From Rebecca billardiae RCC1528 (Eukaryota; Protista; Haptophyta): a stretch of DNA of 64,000 bases. The notes below the pieces were generated by a model that was given only the letters and a program-made list of their open reading frames with translations, searched no databases and was not told the origin of the DNA. The stretch is taken from the NCBI GenBank assembly GCA_965240325.2, contig OZ251225.1, forward strand, positions 1,612,001 to 1,676,000, written 5' to 3'. A program made the translations under genes and the position numbers. Positions 23,759-35,100 of this stretch are shown piece by piece (the stretch's first letter is position 1; each line of letters opens with the position of its first letter).

Positions 23759-26700
23759 ATGGCCGAGGCCGTGAAGGTCGCCGTGCGCTGCCGGCCGTTC
23801 AACGGTCGTGAGAAGGAGCGGAATGCGACGCTGATCATCGACATGATCGGGAACACCACCAAGATCACCGACCCGGCCTCCGGCAAGCACAAGGAGTACA
23901 CGTTCGACTACTCGTACTGGTCGCACGACGGGTTCCACGAGCGCGAGGACGGCTACCTCGAGGCGGACAAGGGGTCGAAGTACGCGGACCAGCAGCAGGT
24001 GATGAACGACCTCGGCATGGGCGTGCTGGAGAACGCGTGGAACGGCTTCCACTCGTGCGTGTTTGCGTACGGGCAGACGGGCTCGGGCAAGTCGTACTCG
24101 ATCGTCGGGTACGGCACCAACAAGGGGGTGATCCCGCAGACGTGCGCGGAGATGTTCCGGCGGACGGACGCGGAGGGCTCCGACGAGCGCCGCTTCGAAG
24201 TCGAGGCCTCGATGATGGAGATCTACAACGAGAAGATGCGCGACCTGCTCAACCCGAAGATGTCGGACAAGCTCAAGATCCGCGAGACGAAGCAGCTCGG
24301 CGTGTACGTGGAGTCGCTCACGACGGTGGCGGTCAAGTCGTACAAGGAGATCGAGCACCAGATGGAGGTGGGCACCGCGCACCGCACCATCGGCTCGACC
24401 AACATGAACGCCACCTCGTCGCGCGCGCACACGGTGTTTGCGATCACGTTCAAGCAGTTCACGCGCCAGGGCACCGCGTGGGGCGAGACCAAGTCGGTGA
24501 TCAACCTGGTGGACCTGGCGGGCTCGGAGCGCGCGGAGTCGACGGGCGCGACGGGCGACCGTCTCAAGGAGGGCGCCGCCATCAACTCGTCCCTCACCGC
24601 GCTCGGCCAGGTGATCACCGCGCTCGCGGAGAACTCTGGCAACTCGAAGAAGAAGACGTTCGTGCCGTTCCGCAACTCCGTGCTGACGCGGCTGCTGCAG
24701 TCGGCGCTCGGCGGCAACTCGAAGACGGTGATGGTGGCGGCGCTCTCGCCCGCCGACATCAACTACGACGAGACCCTCTCCACCCTCCGCTACGCCGACA
24801 ACGCCAAGAAGATCAAGACGGCCGCGGTGAAGAACGAGGACCCGACCGCCAAGATGATCCGCGAGCTCAAGGAGGAGAACGAGAAGCTCAAGAAGATGCT
24901 CGAGGGGCAGGGCGGCGACCTGAGCGCGCTGGCGGGCTCGGGGCTGCAGAACGAGCAGCTCGAGGCCGCGCAGGCCGCCGCCGCCGCCGCCGAGCAGGAG
25001 GCCAAGGCGGCGAAGGAGGCGATGCTCGCCGCGCGCGCCGAGGTGGAGGCGGCGCAGCAGCAGATGTCCGAGTTCCAGCACAAGATGAAGCTGCTGGAGT
25101 CCGAGTCCGGCTGGTCGGACGAGCTGAACGCGCTGCGGAACGAGCTCGCGTCGAAGGACTCGTACATCGACCAGCTCAAGCAGGCGGGCGACGCCGAGGC
25201 CGTCGTCGCCGCGCAGCAGGCGAACGCGAAGGAGGTCGAGCGGCTGCAGCAGGAGCTTGCGGCCGCGCAGTCGAGCGCGACGAGCGCCACCGCCGCCTTC
25301 ATCAAGGACGAGGCGAAGGCGGCGGTGAACCAGTCGGCGCTGTACGTGCTCGAGAGCTCGGGCGCGACGAACGAGGTCGAGCAGCGCCGCGCCGCGCGCG
25401 ACGAGCTCGCGCGCCAGCTGCAGCGCGCCGGCTCGACCGTGGACGAGGCGCAGGTGCAGGCGGTGATGGACAAGATGGGCACCGCCTCCAGCCTCGCCGC
25501 GATCGGCGAGGGCGCGGCGGCCGACCTGCTCGCGATCCAGCAGCAGATCTCGGCGGACGCGGAGAAGTCGGTGTCGGCGGCGAAGGCGGCCGAGAAGGCG
25601 CTCGAGAAGCTCGCCGCCTCCAACGCCGAGATCCGCGAGCTGCAGGAGCAGGAGGCCGCGTCGTTCGAGGCGCGGTCCGCGGCCGAGGAGGCTCGGATCC
25701 AGGCGGCGGTCGAGAAGGCGACCGTCGACGTGCTCTCGAAGGTGGAGGAGAAGGCGGGCTCGGGGCAGGCGACGGCGGCGGACGAGGCGGCGCTGCGCGC
25801 CGAGCTCCTCGCCCAGCTCGAGGCCGAGATGAAGGAGAAGAAGGACTCGGCCGTGATGCAGGCCGCGGTCTCGCGCTCGGTCGGCAAGCTGATCGGCGCG
25901 GCGCACGCGTCGAGCGCGGGCGACGCGGCCGCCAAGGCGGAGATCGCCAAGGTGCGCACGCAGATGCAGGGCGAGGCGGACATGGCTTTCAAGCAGGCGA
26001 AGGAGCTCGCCTCCGTCGCCGACCGCCACGCGCGCGAGGCGGGCAAGCAGCGCGCCGCGCTCGAGGACAAGGCGCAGCAGGTCGCAGCGCTCAAGAAAGA
26101 GCTCGCCGAGTCGACGGCGGCAAAGGACGCGGCGCACGCGGCGCTCACGCAGTCGCGCATCGACCGCGCGGCGCTGCGGCTGTCGCAGCAGATCGAGTCG
26201 GGCGAGCTCTCCTCCGCCACGCCCACCGCCGACCTCCGGCGCAGGCTCATCACCGAGGTGCACGACGCCGGCGTCGGCGCCGCGCCCATCGACATGGACT
26301 CCTCGGCCGCGCAGGCGATGCTCGACGCCAACGTGATGCGGCTCGAGGCGGCGTGCCAGAAGGCAAAGGTGTCCGAGTCGTCGCGCGCGCAGGTGGAGTC
26401 GATGCGCGACACGCTGCGCGCGGAGGTGCTCGAGGCGCACGCCGCGACGAAGAAGGCCAAGGAGGAAGCCGACGCGCGCCTCGCCGAGCTGCAGAAGGCC
26501 AAGTCGGAGGCCGACTCGCGCAACGCCGAGCTCGAGTCGCTGCGCATCGAGCTCCAGAGCGTCGGCAAGAACGCCACCTCGACCAAGGTGGCGTCGGCGT
26601 TCAGCGGCGCGCAGCTGCAGGCGGAGAAGCAGCGGCTGCGCGCGAAGCTCGCCGCCGAGATGGAGGCGGCGCAGGCCAAGGTCGCCACCGCGCAGCAGTC

Positions 26701-29700
26701 CGAGCAGTCGAACGCGGTCGCTTCCAAGGCGGCCGAGCAGGCGGAGCGCGCGGCCGCCGAGTCTGCGCGCATCGCGCGCGAGGAGCTCGCGGCGGCGCAG
26801 GCGCTGGCGCAGGAGCAGGCGGAGCAGCTGAAGGAGCTGCAGAACAAGTCCGCCGCCGAGCGCGAGCAGCTGCTCAAGGAGCTCGAGGCCAAGTCGCAGG
26901 AGGCCGCGCAGCAGGGCGACGTCTCGAAGAAGCTCGACTTCCAGCGGCAGATGAAGCGCATCTCTGACCGCAACAAACTCGAGTCTGAGATGAAGGCCAA
27001 GGCGCGCGAGCAGCTCGAGGCGAACGAGAAGATGGTGGCCGAGCTGGGCAAGTCGTGGGAGGAGAAGCTGAAGCAGGCGGAGGAGCTCGAGTCCGGCCGC
27101 AAGGAGCTCCTCACCAAGATGGGCCTGCACGGGCTGGGCGAGGAGGGCATCGACGAGAAGACGCCGCACCTCGTGAATCTCCACGAGGACCCTCTGATGT
27201 CCGGCCAGCTCATCCACTTCCTCAAGCCGGGCGTGACGCTGGTGGGCTCGAAGGAGGACGCGGGCGTCGTGCTCAACGGCGTCTCGATCGAGGCCGAGCA
27301 CTGCAAGCTCACCAACGAGGCCGGCGCCGTGCACATCGAGCCGCTCGGCAAAGCGGTCACGTTTGTGAACGGCAAGCGGCTCGAGAGCCGCCGGCCGCTC
27401 GAGCACTCGGCGCGCGTGATCATCGGGCAGAACGCGATCTTCCGGTTCGCCGACCCGACCGAGGCGGAGAAGCAGCGCGCCGCGAGCGGCGGTAAGGCGA
27501 AGGACGCCTTCTCCGGCGTGATCGACTGGGACATGGCGCAGAAGGAGCTGCACGAGGCGCTGCAGTCGTCCGTGCAGCTTAAGGTCGACGAGGAGGTCGA
27601 GCGCGAGCGCAAGGCGATGGAGTCGCGCCTCAAGGAGATGGAGGAGAAGCTCGCGCGCGAGCGGGCGGCGTCGGAGGCGGCGGCGAACGCGGAGAAGGAG
27701 GCGATCCTGCAGCAGCTCCGCGAGCGCGAGAAGGCGATGGAGGAGCTCCGCGAGAAGCAGTTCGAGGCCGAGAAGAACGCCGTGCGCAACGAGGCGCGCG
27801 CACAGGCGCTCGAAGAGGAGCGCGATCGCAACAAGGGCAACGCGGCGCCGGGCGGGCCGAACGCGGGCGCGGTGGGCACGATGGGCCTCGGCGTGCAGCG
27901 GCCCAAGGCGGGCGGCGGCATGCTCGGCGCCGTCCGCCCGGGCACCGCCGGCGGCGCCGCACCCCCGGCCGGCGGAGCGCTCGACCCGAGCGCGGAGCTG
28001 CTGCAGATCAAGGCCCAGTACGCGGCCGTGGACAAAAGCCACACAGCGCGCATCGACGCGATCCAGATGGCGCACAGGGAGAGCATGGACGAGGTGGACA
28101 AGTCGCGCTCGTCGATGGACCAGGGGCTCGGGCAGTACAAGCTCGACCTGCAGCGCATCGAGGACGAGCTGCGCACCGCGCACCCCGCCGTCGTCGAGGC
28201 GAACGCGATCGCGGACGCCATGGGCCGCAAGGTCGAGGTCCGTACTCACATCCGCATCGAGACACCCGAGGTGATGGGTCTCTCTCCGATCCAGGAGCTG
28301 CTGCAGGTGCGCCGCGCGCACCTCGAGTACCAGCTCGTGATCCACGGGGACCAGAAGGGCAAGCAGCGCGTCACCACGTGGGCGGCCGACGAGTTCTGGC
28401 GCCGCGTCGACCGCTTCCGCGACGCGCACGCATACTACCTCAAGCACAACAGGCAGCCGTTTGAGACGCGCGATGAGGACCCTTTCTACGCGCCGCCCGC
28501 CGCGGAGACGCTCGGCAAGGCGGTGCTCTTCCTCAAGCCGCTCGCGCACCGCATGCGGCTGCAGACGTGGGCGCCGATCTTCGACCCGTCCGGCGCCAAG
28601 ATGGGCGAGCTCCAGCTCGCCTTCCAGCCCACCGAGCTCGACTTTGTGAGCGCGACGCGGCCGGTGCTCAACCCGAGCGACGCGGTCGGGCAGGCGAGCG
28701 CGGCCATCCTCAGGATTCAGCAGGCGCGCGGGCTGCCGCCGCACCACTGCACGAACGTGTTCGTCAAGTACTCCGCCGACGGGATGGAGGAGCGCTCCAC
28801 CGCGATCGTCTCGGGCAAGAACGCCACGCCGCGCTTCGACCACCGCGACCACCTCGCCTTCGGCGAGATGTCGCCCGCGCTCATCTCCTTCCTCACGCGC
28901 GACGCGCTGACGCTCGAGGTCGTGGCTGAGCCCGACGACATCGAGGAGGGCCTCGTGACCGAGGCGCCGAAGACCGCGGCGTCCGCCGCGGGGGCGAACC
29001 CGTACGACGGCGGGGAGCTGCCCCCCGAGGTCTTCGACTTCAACATCGCCGTCGACCTGCTCGAGGGCACGGCCGACGCGGACGCGAGCAACTTTGAGCG
29101 CTGCCGATTCGACGGCGGCTCCAACGCTCTCGGCGTGCCGAGCGGGTGCGCGCGAGCGCGCGGCGCGGCGCGGCGCGCGTGCACGTGCGCTCGAGCCGGC
29201 GCGCTGCGCCGCTGGCCCGCCGAGCCAGACCCGCTGACGCGACGCCTGCCCCGCCGCCCCGCCGTGCGCCGATCGCGCGCCGCACCGCGCGCCCTCGCCG
29301 CTGCCGCGACGCGCCCGGCCCGGCGCTGCGCGACGGCGCCGTCTGCGTGTGCGCGCAGCATCTTCACGCTCACGCACCAGCGGCCGCGGCGCATCCTGCT
29401 CCAGTGCGTGCAGGGGACGACCCAGGCGTACCCGATCAAGCACGTCGTCTCCGCGTGGATCGGCCGCGTGCAGGACCCGTACGGCAACGAGGTCGAGCCG
29501 CAGCAGGTCCCGCTGCAGGTGCTCTCCATGTCGACGACCGCGGACGGTCGCACGACCAACATCGTCGCCAACTGGTTCCGGGGCCCGCCGCTCCTCGACC
29601 AGGTGCGGCGCGGCCTGCGCGGCTGGCGCGTGCCGCGCCCGCGCCCGCGCATGCGCACCGCCCGAGCACGTGCGCGCGCCTCCCGACCCCGCCCTCCCCG

Positions 29701-30405
29701 CGCCGTCCCGCCCGCAGCTGAGCCCCGAGGGCACAGTCTTCTTCCCGACGGTCACGCTCGAGGTCGAGCTGCGCAACCTCGACCTGGCCGCTCCGATCGC
29801 GCTCACCAAGATGTTCGCGCTGCGCGTCGAGGACACGAAGCCGGTGCAGCGCAACAAGTCGTACTTCTTCTCGCGCAACGCGTCGTCGAGCAAGCGCGGC
29901 GGTGGCAGCGCGGCTGCCACGCCGGGCGGGCCGGTCAACGACAAGATGCAGTTCGATGACGAACACGTGCGCCGCCTCGCGCGCGACGCGTGCGCGGCCT
30001 TGCTCGCGCGCGCGCGCGTCGGGCCGCGGCGGCGGCCGCGGCGCGCGCAGTCGCGGCCGGCGGCGCGCGCGTGACGCGCGCCCCGCCCCACCCCCTTCCG
30101 CGCGGCGCGGCGCGGCGCGTGCGCAGGCGAAGCAGCGGCTGCAGCACACCTCCACCATCCAGCAGGTGAAGATGGGCTCGCTCGAGCGCTCGGACGACGC
30201 GGTCGCGAAGCAGCGCGAGGAGATGAAGCGGCTGCTCGAGAAGGAGACGCAGGTGACAGCGGCCGAGGGCAAGAAGAAGCTGCTCGGCGACGCGTCCAAG
30301 ACGATCGAGACGCTCCAGAAGGCGCTGCAGGCGGAGGAGCAGCGGCAGGACTCGGAGCTGCAGCGCGCCATGCTCGCGTTGCGTCAGATGGGCGGCGGCG
30401 TGTGA
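23759..30405 (+). CDS. Kinesin-3 family motor (motor, long helical insert, FHA, C2-like); exons 23759-29145, 29359-29602, 29718-29966, 30127-30405
   Basis: VKVAVRCRPFN, FDYSYWSHDG, FAYGQTGSGKSYS, SSRAH, LVDLAGSER, LSPADINYDETLSTLRYA; FHA from PHLVNLHEDP to IFRF (~27164-27448); GT-AG introns. Confidence 0.93.
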
Positions 30406-30845
30406 GCACGCAGTGCACGCACTGCCGACTGCCGCACTGCTGACTGCACGGCGTTCGGACTGCTGCAGCCTCAGGGAACACCAGGAAGTATATATATATA
30501 TGCGCTGTATACGCGCGATGACTACACTCGCGCCTCGCGTATATGATACGCGTCATCAGCAGCACATCAGACTCTGCTGGTGTTGTCAGAGTCATCGTCG
30601 TCGTGACTCACGTTGTCATCATCGTCGTCATCAGATACTACTCGCGTCAGCAGTGTCATCAGTGTGCATCATATCATCCGACGAAGCTAGCGCGCGTTCA
30701 CTATGAGTGACTACGAGACCGAGAGTACGACGACTGCTCCTCCGTGACCGTCCTCGGCGACTGACCTCGTCGGCCGGCTCAGGGCAGGCATGATGACGGC
30801 GCACGCAGACCGATGGGGCGCTACTCCCACGGTATGACAGCAGTA

Positions 30846-31964
30846 TCATCGCCGCCCGGAGTCGGCCTCCTCGTCGTTGCGCGCGGTCTCGCCGGCTCCT
30901 CGAGGCGCCTCGATGCGCGCGAGGAGCGATCGGACGATCTCGCCCGCCGCGACCCGCGCAGAGCCTGCGCCCGCCGCCATCTGCGCGTGCTGCGCCCGCA
31001 CCAGCTGCTGAACGTGCGCGCTGTGCCGAAGGCGGCTCTCGAGCTCGCCGAGCACCCCCGACCAGAGCAGCTTCAGCCGCTGCTGCTCCCGCCGGCGCGC
31101 GTGCTCGCCCGACGCCTGCGCCGCTCGCTGGAACTCGCGCAGCACCGCGAGGACGCTGCCGACCGACTGGTCGCACCTGTTGGAGCACGTGAGCACGCGC
31201 GGCTGCCACGACGACGAGCGTGGGCGCACGAGGGAGAGCGCCGAGGCGAACTCCTTCGCGATGCTTCGCGCGGCCGGCAGCAGGTCGCCGTCGGCCTTGG
31301 TGACGACGACGATGTCGGCGAGCTCCACCAGCCCGCGCTTGATCGCCTGCAGCCCGTCGCCAGCGGCAGGTGGCAGCAGCAGCAGCATGACGTCCACCAT
31401 GTTGTCCACCTCCACCTCAGACTGGCCGACGCCGACCGTTTCGATGAGGACGTGATCGTGGCCCGCCGCCTCGCAGAGCGTGATCGCGTCGTGCGTGCGG
31501 AGCGCGACGCCGCCCAGCGTGCCGCCCGCAGGGCTCGGCCGGACGTACGCCTCGTCGCGCATCGAGAGGGTCGACATGCGCGTTTTGTCGCCGAGGATCG
31601 AGCCTCCGCTCGCGACGGAGGACGGATCGACGGCCAGCACCGCCACGCGCCGGCCCTCGCCGATGAGGATGCAGCCGAGCGCCTCAATAAACGTGGACTT
31701 GCCCGCACCCGGCGGGCCGGTGACGCCGATGCGAAGCGAGCGCCCCTGCGGCCGCTCGCCGATGCGCGAGAGCATCGCCTCCGCGCGGTCGAGGTCCTGC
31801 GGGCGCGAGGACTCGACGAGCGTGATGGCGCGGCTCAGCGCTGCGCGCTCGCCAGAGAGCACGCGGTCGGCGAGCTCGTGTGGCGGCCAGCCGTGCACCC
31901 AGCGCCTCGCATGTGCGCCATGCACAGAAGCGAGGCTTGCCAGCCGGAGTCTTCGAGCCGCCAT
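30846..31964 (-). CDS. MMAA: Methylmalonyl-CoA mutase-associated GTPase MMAA/MeaB, likely mitochondrial
   Basis: RAALSRAITLVES; GVTGPPGAGKST; VLAVDPSS..GGSILGDKTRM; ETVGVGQSE; IKRGLVELAD; TKAD; R-rich presequence. Confidence 0.96.
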   Translation of the reverse strand: MAARRLRLASLASVHGAHARRWVHGWPPHELADRVLSGERAALSRAITLVESSRPQDLDRAEAMLSRIGERPQGRSLRIGVTGPPGAGKSTFIEALGCILIGEGRRVAVLAVDPSSVASGGSILGDKTRMSTLSMRDEAYVRPSPAGGTLGGVALRTHDAITLCEAAGHDHVLIETVGVGQSEVEVDNMVDVMLLLLPPAAGDGLQAIKRGLVELADIVVVTKADGDLLPAARSIAKEFASALSLVRPRSSSWQPRVLTCSNRCDQSVGSVLAVLREFQRAAQASGEHARRREQQRLKLLWSGVLGELESRLRHSAHVQQLVRAQHAQMAAGAGSARVAAGEIVRSLLARIEAPRGAGETARNDEEADSGRR

Positions 31965-32173
31965 CGTGATCGAACGCGGCCCGACTCAGACGTTGAGATC
32001 TGGATCCGGTTCGCGCGATCAAGGGATGCGGGTACGCTCGCTATATTTAGCCCTATGCGGCAGTGACCAAGATTACATAGATGCCCCTGGCTCTGCGCCG
32101 GTCAGCAAGCAAAAAGCAAGGAGGGTGGCCGCTGCCAAGGGCCCGAGAGGGGGCTGCACGCCTTTCGGGCGCC

Positions 32174-35100
32174 ATGGGCAGCGCGCGCGGGCGGATGCGC
32201 GCCCTCGCGCTGCTGGCGCTGGTGCCCGTCGCCTTTGGCGCGACCAAGATCTGCACGCCCTACGCGGCGAACATCGGCCCGACCTTCATCACGGTCGCGT
32301 GGGATGGGCTCGTGTCTGGCTCGTTCTCGGACTGCTCGCTCACGGGCGTCTCGTTCACCAAGTTCCGCGTGGTGCAACTGGCTAGTGGCACGCGCGCTTC
32401 TGTGCGTGGCTTTGCGCCTGCCCTTTCTCGCCGGCCGCCGCCCTCGCTGCCTCGCCGTCCCCCTTGGCAGCGCGGCGCGGCCGCGAACTGAAGTGGCGAT
32501 GCGCCCTGCCCCGCGGTCTCGGCCGCCACCGCCTTGCGCTGCGCAGGTGAGCTACGAGACGACGGGCACGGCGTTGTACACGTTGGATATCGCGAACCTC
32601 GTGTCTTCCACCACGTACGAGTTCTACGTCGTCGCCGTCGACGCGTCCAACGCGGCAATATCGAGCACGCAGAGCTCGAACAGCGGGCTCATCCAGACGG
32701 AGGCGGCCGTCACGGGCGAGATCGCGTCGTACTGGTTCCTCTCGGCGCGTGAGGCGGTGACGCAGAAGCTGCGCTTCTTCGAGAACAACTTCCCGTTCGT
32801 CATCGAGAACGACTACAACGCGGCAACCAATGCGCTCGTCAACAAGCTGTCGTTCAAAGCGAACAGCGTCACCGCCTTCACCATCATCGGCGCAACCAAG
32901 CGCACGCAGTTCGAGACTGCGGTCACGATGAACGACGTGCTCGAGTTCGGCAGCTCGGGCGGGACCGCGATCAGCGCATCGACGATCGGAATCCCCACCG
33001 GCGGCGTGCTGCGCGTCGGGGGCGCCCTGACGGTCGGCGCGGCGAGCGGCGCGGGTCAGCTCGTCTTTGCAGACGGCCTGCTGAACGTGACAGAGGCTGA
33101 CCAGACGCTCGAGTTCGGCGAGCTGATCACCGTGAGCGCGACGGCGGGCTCGATCGAGTCGACGTCGCTGCTCGTCACCGACGGCGCCTCGACGCTCACG
33201 CTCAGCGCCGCGGGCGCCGCGCTCAGTGGCAGCGCGGACGACGTCGCGCTGAGCAAGGCGGGCGTGGCCAACGCGCTCACCGTCCAGTTCGGTGCGGATG
33301 GCGCCACCTCGGGCCCGGCGTTCAACACGCCGCTCAACCAGCTGCGCGTGGATACGGTGCGTGGCCCGTCGGACGGGACGCTCACGCTGCGCGACGCCAC
33401 GAGCATCCAGGCGCCCGCCTCCGACGGCATCATCACGCTCAGCGGCGACGGCGGCGGAGGGTCTGCCGTCGTGGTCGACACGGGGGCGGGCTCGGTCACC
33501 GCCGCCCAGCTTGACGCGACGGACATCACGACGCAGACGCTCGAGGCGCAGACGGTGTCGGGGCTGACGACGGTGGCGTTCGACAGCACCGCGGCGACGT
33601 CGATCTCCAACCTGCAGGAGATGCTCGGCCTCGTCACCCTCTCCACCGCCAACCTCACCATCACCGGCGGGCTGGACGTGGCAGACGGCGCGCTGGTCGA
33701 TCTGGGCGATCTCGTGAGCGTCGACACCGGCGACGGCCGCGTGAACGCGGTGGTGCTGCAGCTCGAGGACGTGCCGGGCGGGGCGAGCACGGACACGCTC
33801 GTGCTCGCGTACAACACGCTCGAGATCGGCGACCCGACCGGCGAGTTCACCTTCACCGCCGCCGGCGCCGCCGGCAACGTGATGATCACGCCGGGCGTGG
33901 GGCTGCTCACGCTGGACCGCGTCGAGACGTCGTCCGTGCTCGCGACCGAGGTGGAGGGGCTCGCGACGGTCACGTTCGACGCGGGGGCGGACACGGCGAT
34001 CGTCAACCTGAAGACGATGGATGGCGTGCAGAGCCTCGGCGGCGTCGCCAACCTCAGCGTCACCACCTCGATGCGCGCGGACGTCGGCGCCGTCGTCGAG
34101 TTTGGCGACCTGGCAGGCGTGGACACGTCCGCTGGCCGCGTCGATGCCGACCGGCTGCGGCTGACCGACGCGCTGTCCCCGTCGGACCGGGCGGTGTTCT
34201 CGACGGCTGGGCTGGCGCTGGAGACGGGGGCGGGCACGTACACGCTGAGCTCCTCGCTCGGCGGCGACACCATCGTCGCCACGCCCGGCGAGGGCAAGCT
34301 CGAGCTCGTCGACCTCGTGGCCTCGGACACGGTGCGCGCGACGACGGCCGCAGGCCTCACAGACATCGAGTTCAGCGCCACGGCCGCGTGGACGTCGGTC
34401 ACGGGCCTCGACGAGATGCTCGGGCTGACGAACATGTCGACATCGTCGCTGCTCGTGAGCTCGGACTTGAGCGTGTCCTCCGGCGCCCTCTTCCAGCTCG
34501 GCGAGCGCGTGAGCGTGCAGACGGCGACCGGCGGCGTGCGCGCCGTCACGCTCGAGCTGAGCGATCTCGTGTTGGCCGAGAGCCAGGTGCTCGTCCTCTC
34601 GGCTGGCGGGATCGAGCTCGGTGCGGACAGCGGCGGCAACTTCACGTTCAGCAGGAGCGGCGGCGCGAGCGAGATCGTGCTCTTCCCGGGCGACGGCCGG
34701 CTCGACCTCGTCGACGTGGTCGCCTCCTCCTCGGTGCGCACGCCGCTCGTGTCGGACGTGCTCACGATTGCGTTCGACCCGAGCGCGGCCACGGCCATCA
34801 CCAACCTCAAGGTGATGGACGGTGTGGAGAGCCTCGGCGGGGTCGTCAACATGAGCGTGACGACCACGCTGTACGTCGAGCCGGGCGCCGCCGTCGGCTT
34901 CGGCGACCTCGTCAGCGTGCACACCGACGAGGGCCGCGTGCGCGCCGACAGCCTCCAGCTGCTGAACGCCGACAGCGGCGACACGCTCGCGCTCGCGACC
35001 AGCGGCATCGCGCTCGAGACGGGCACGAACGTGTTCACCTTCTCGCAGCCGGACTCGGCGGTGCGCATCACGCTGGAGCCGGCCGTGGGCCAGCTCAACC

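Noticed and set aside
23702-30595. 2297-aa minus-strand ORF, and similar long antisense or alternate-frame ORFs over SMC2, the giant protein and CAP-D3
   Set aside because: Shadow ORFs caused by extreme GC3 bias opposite real genes; no recognisable domains
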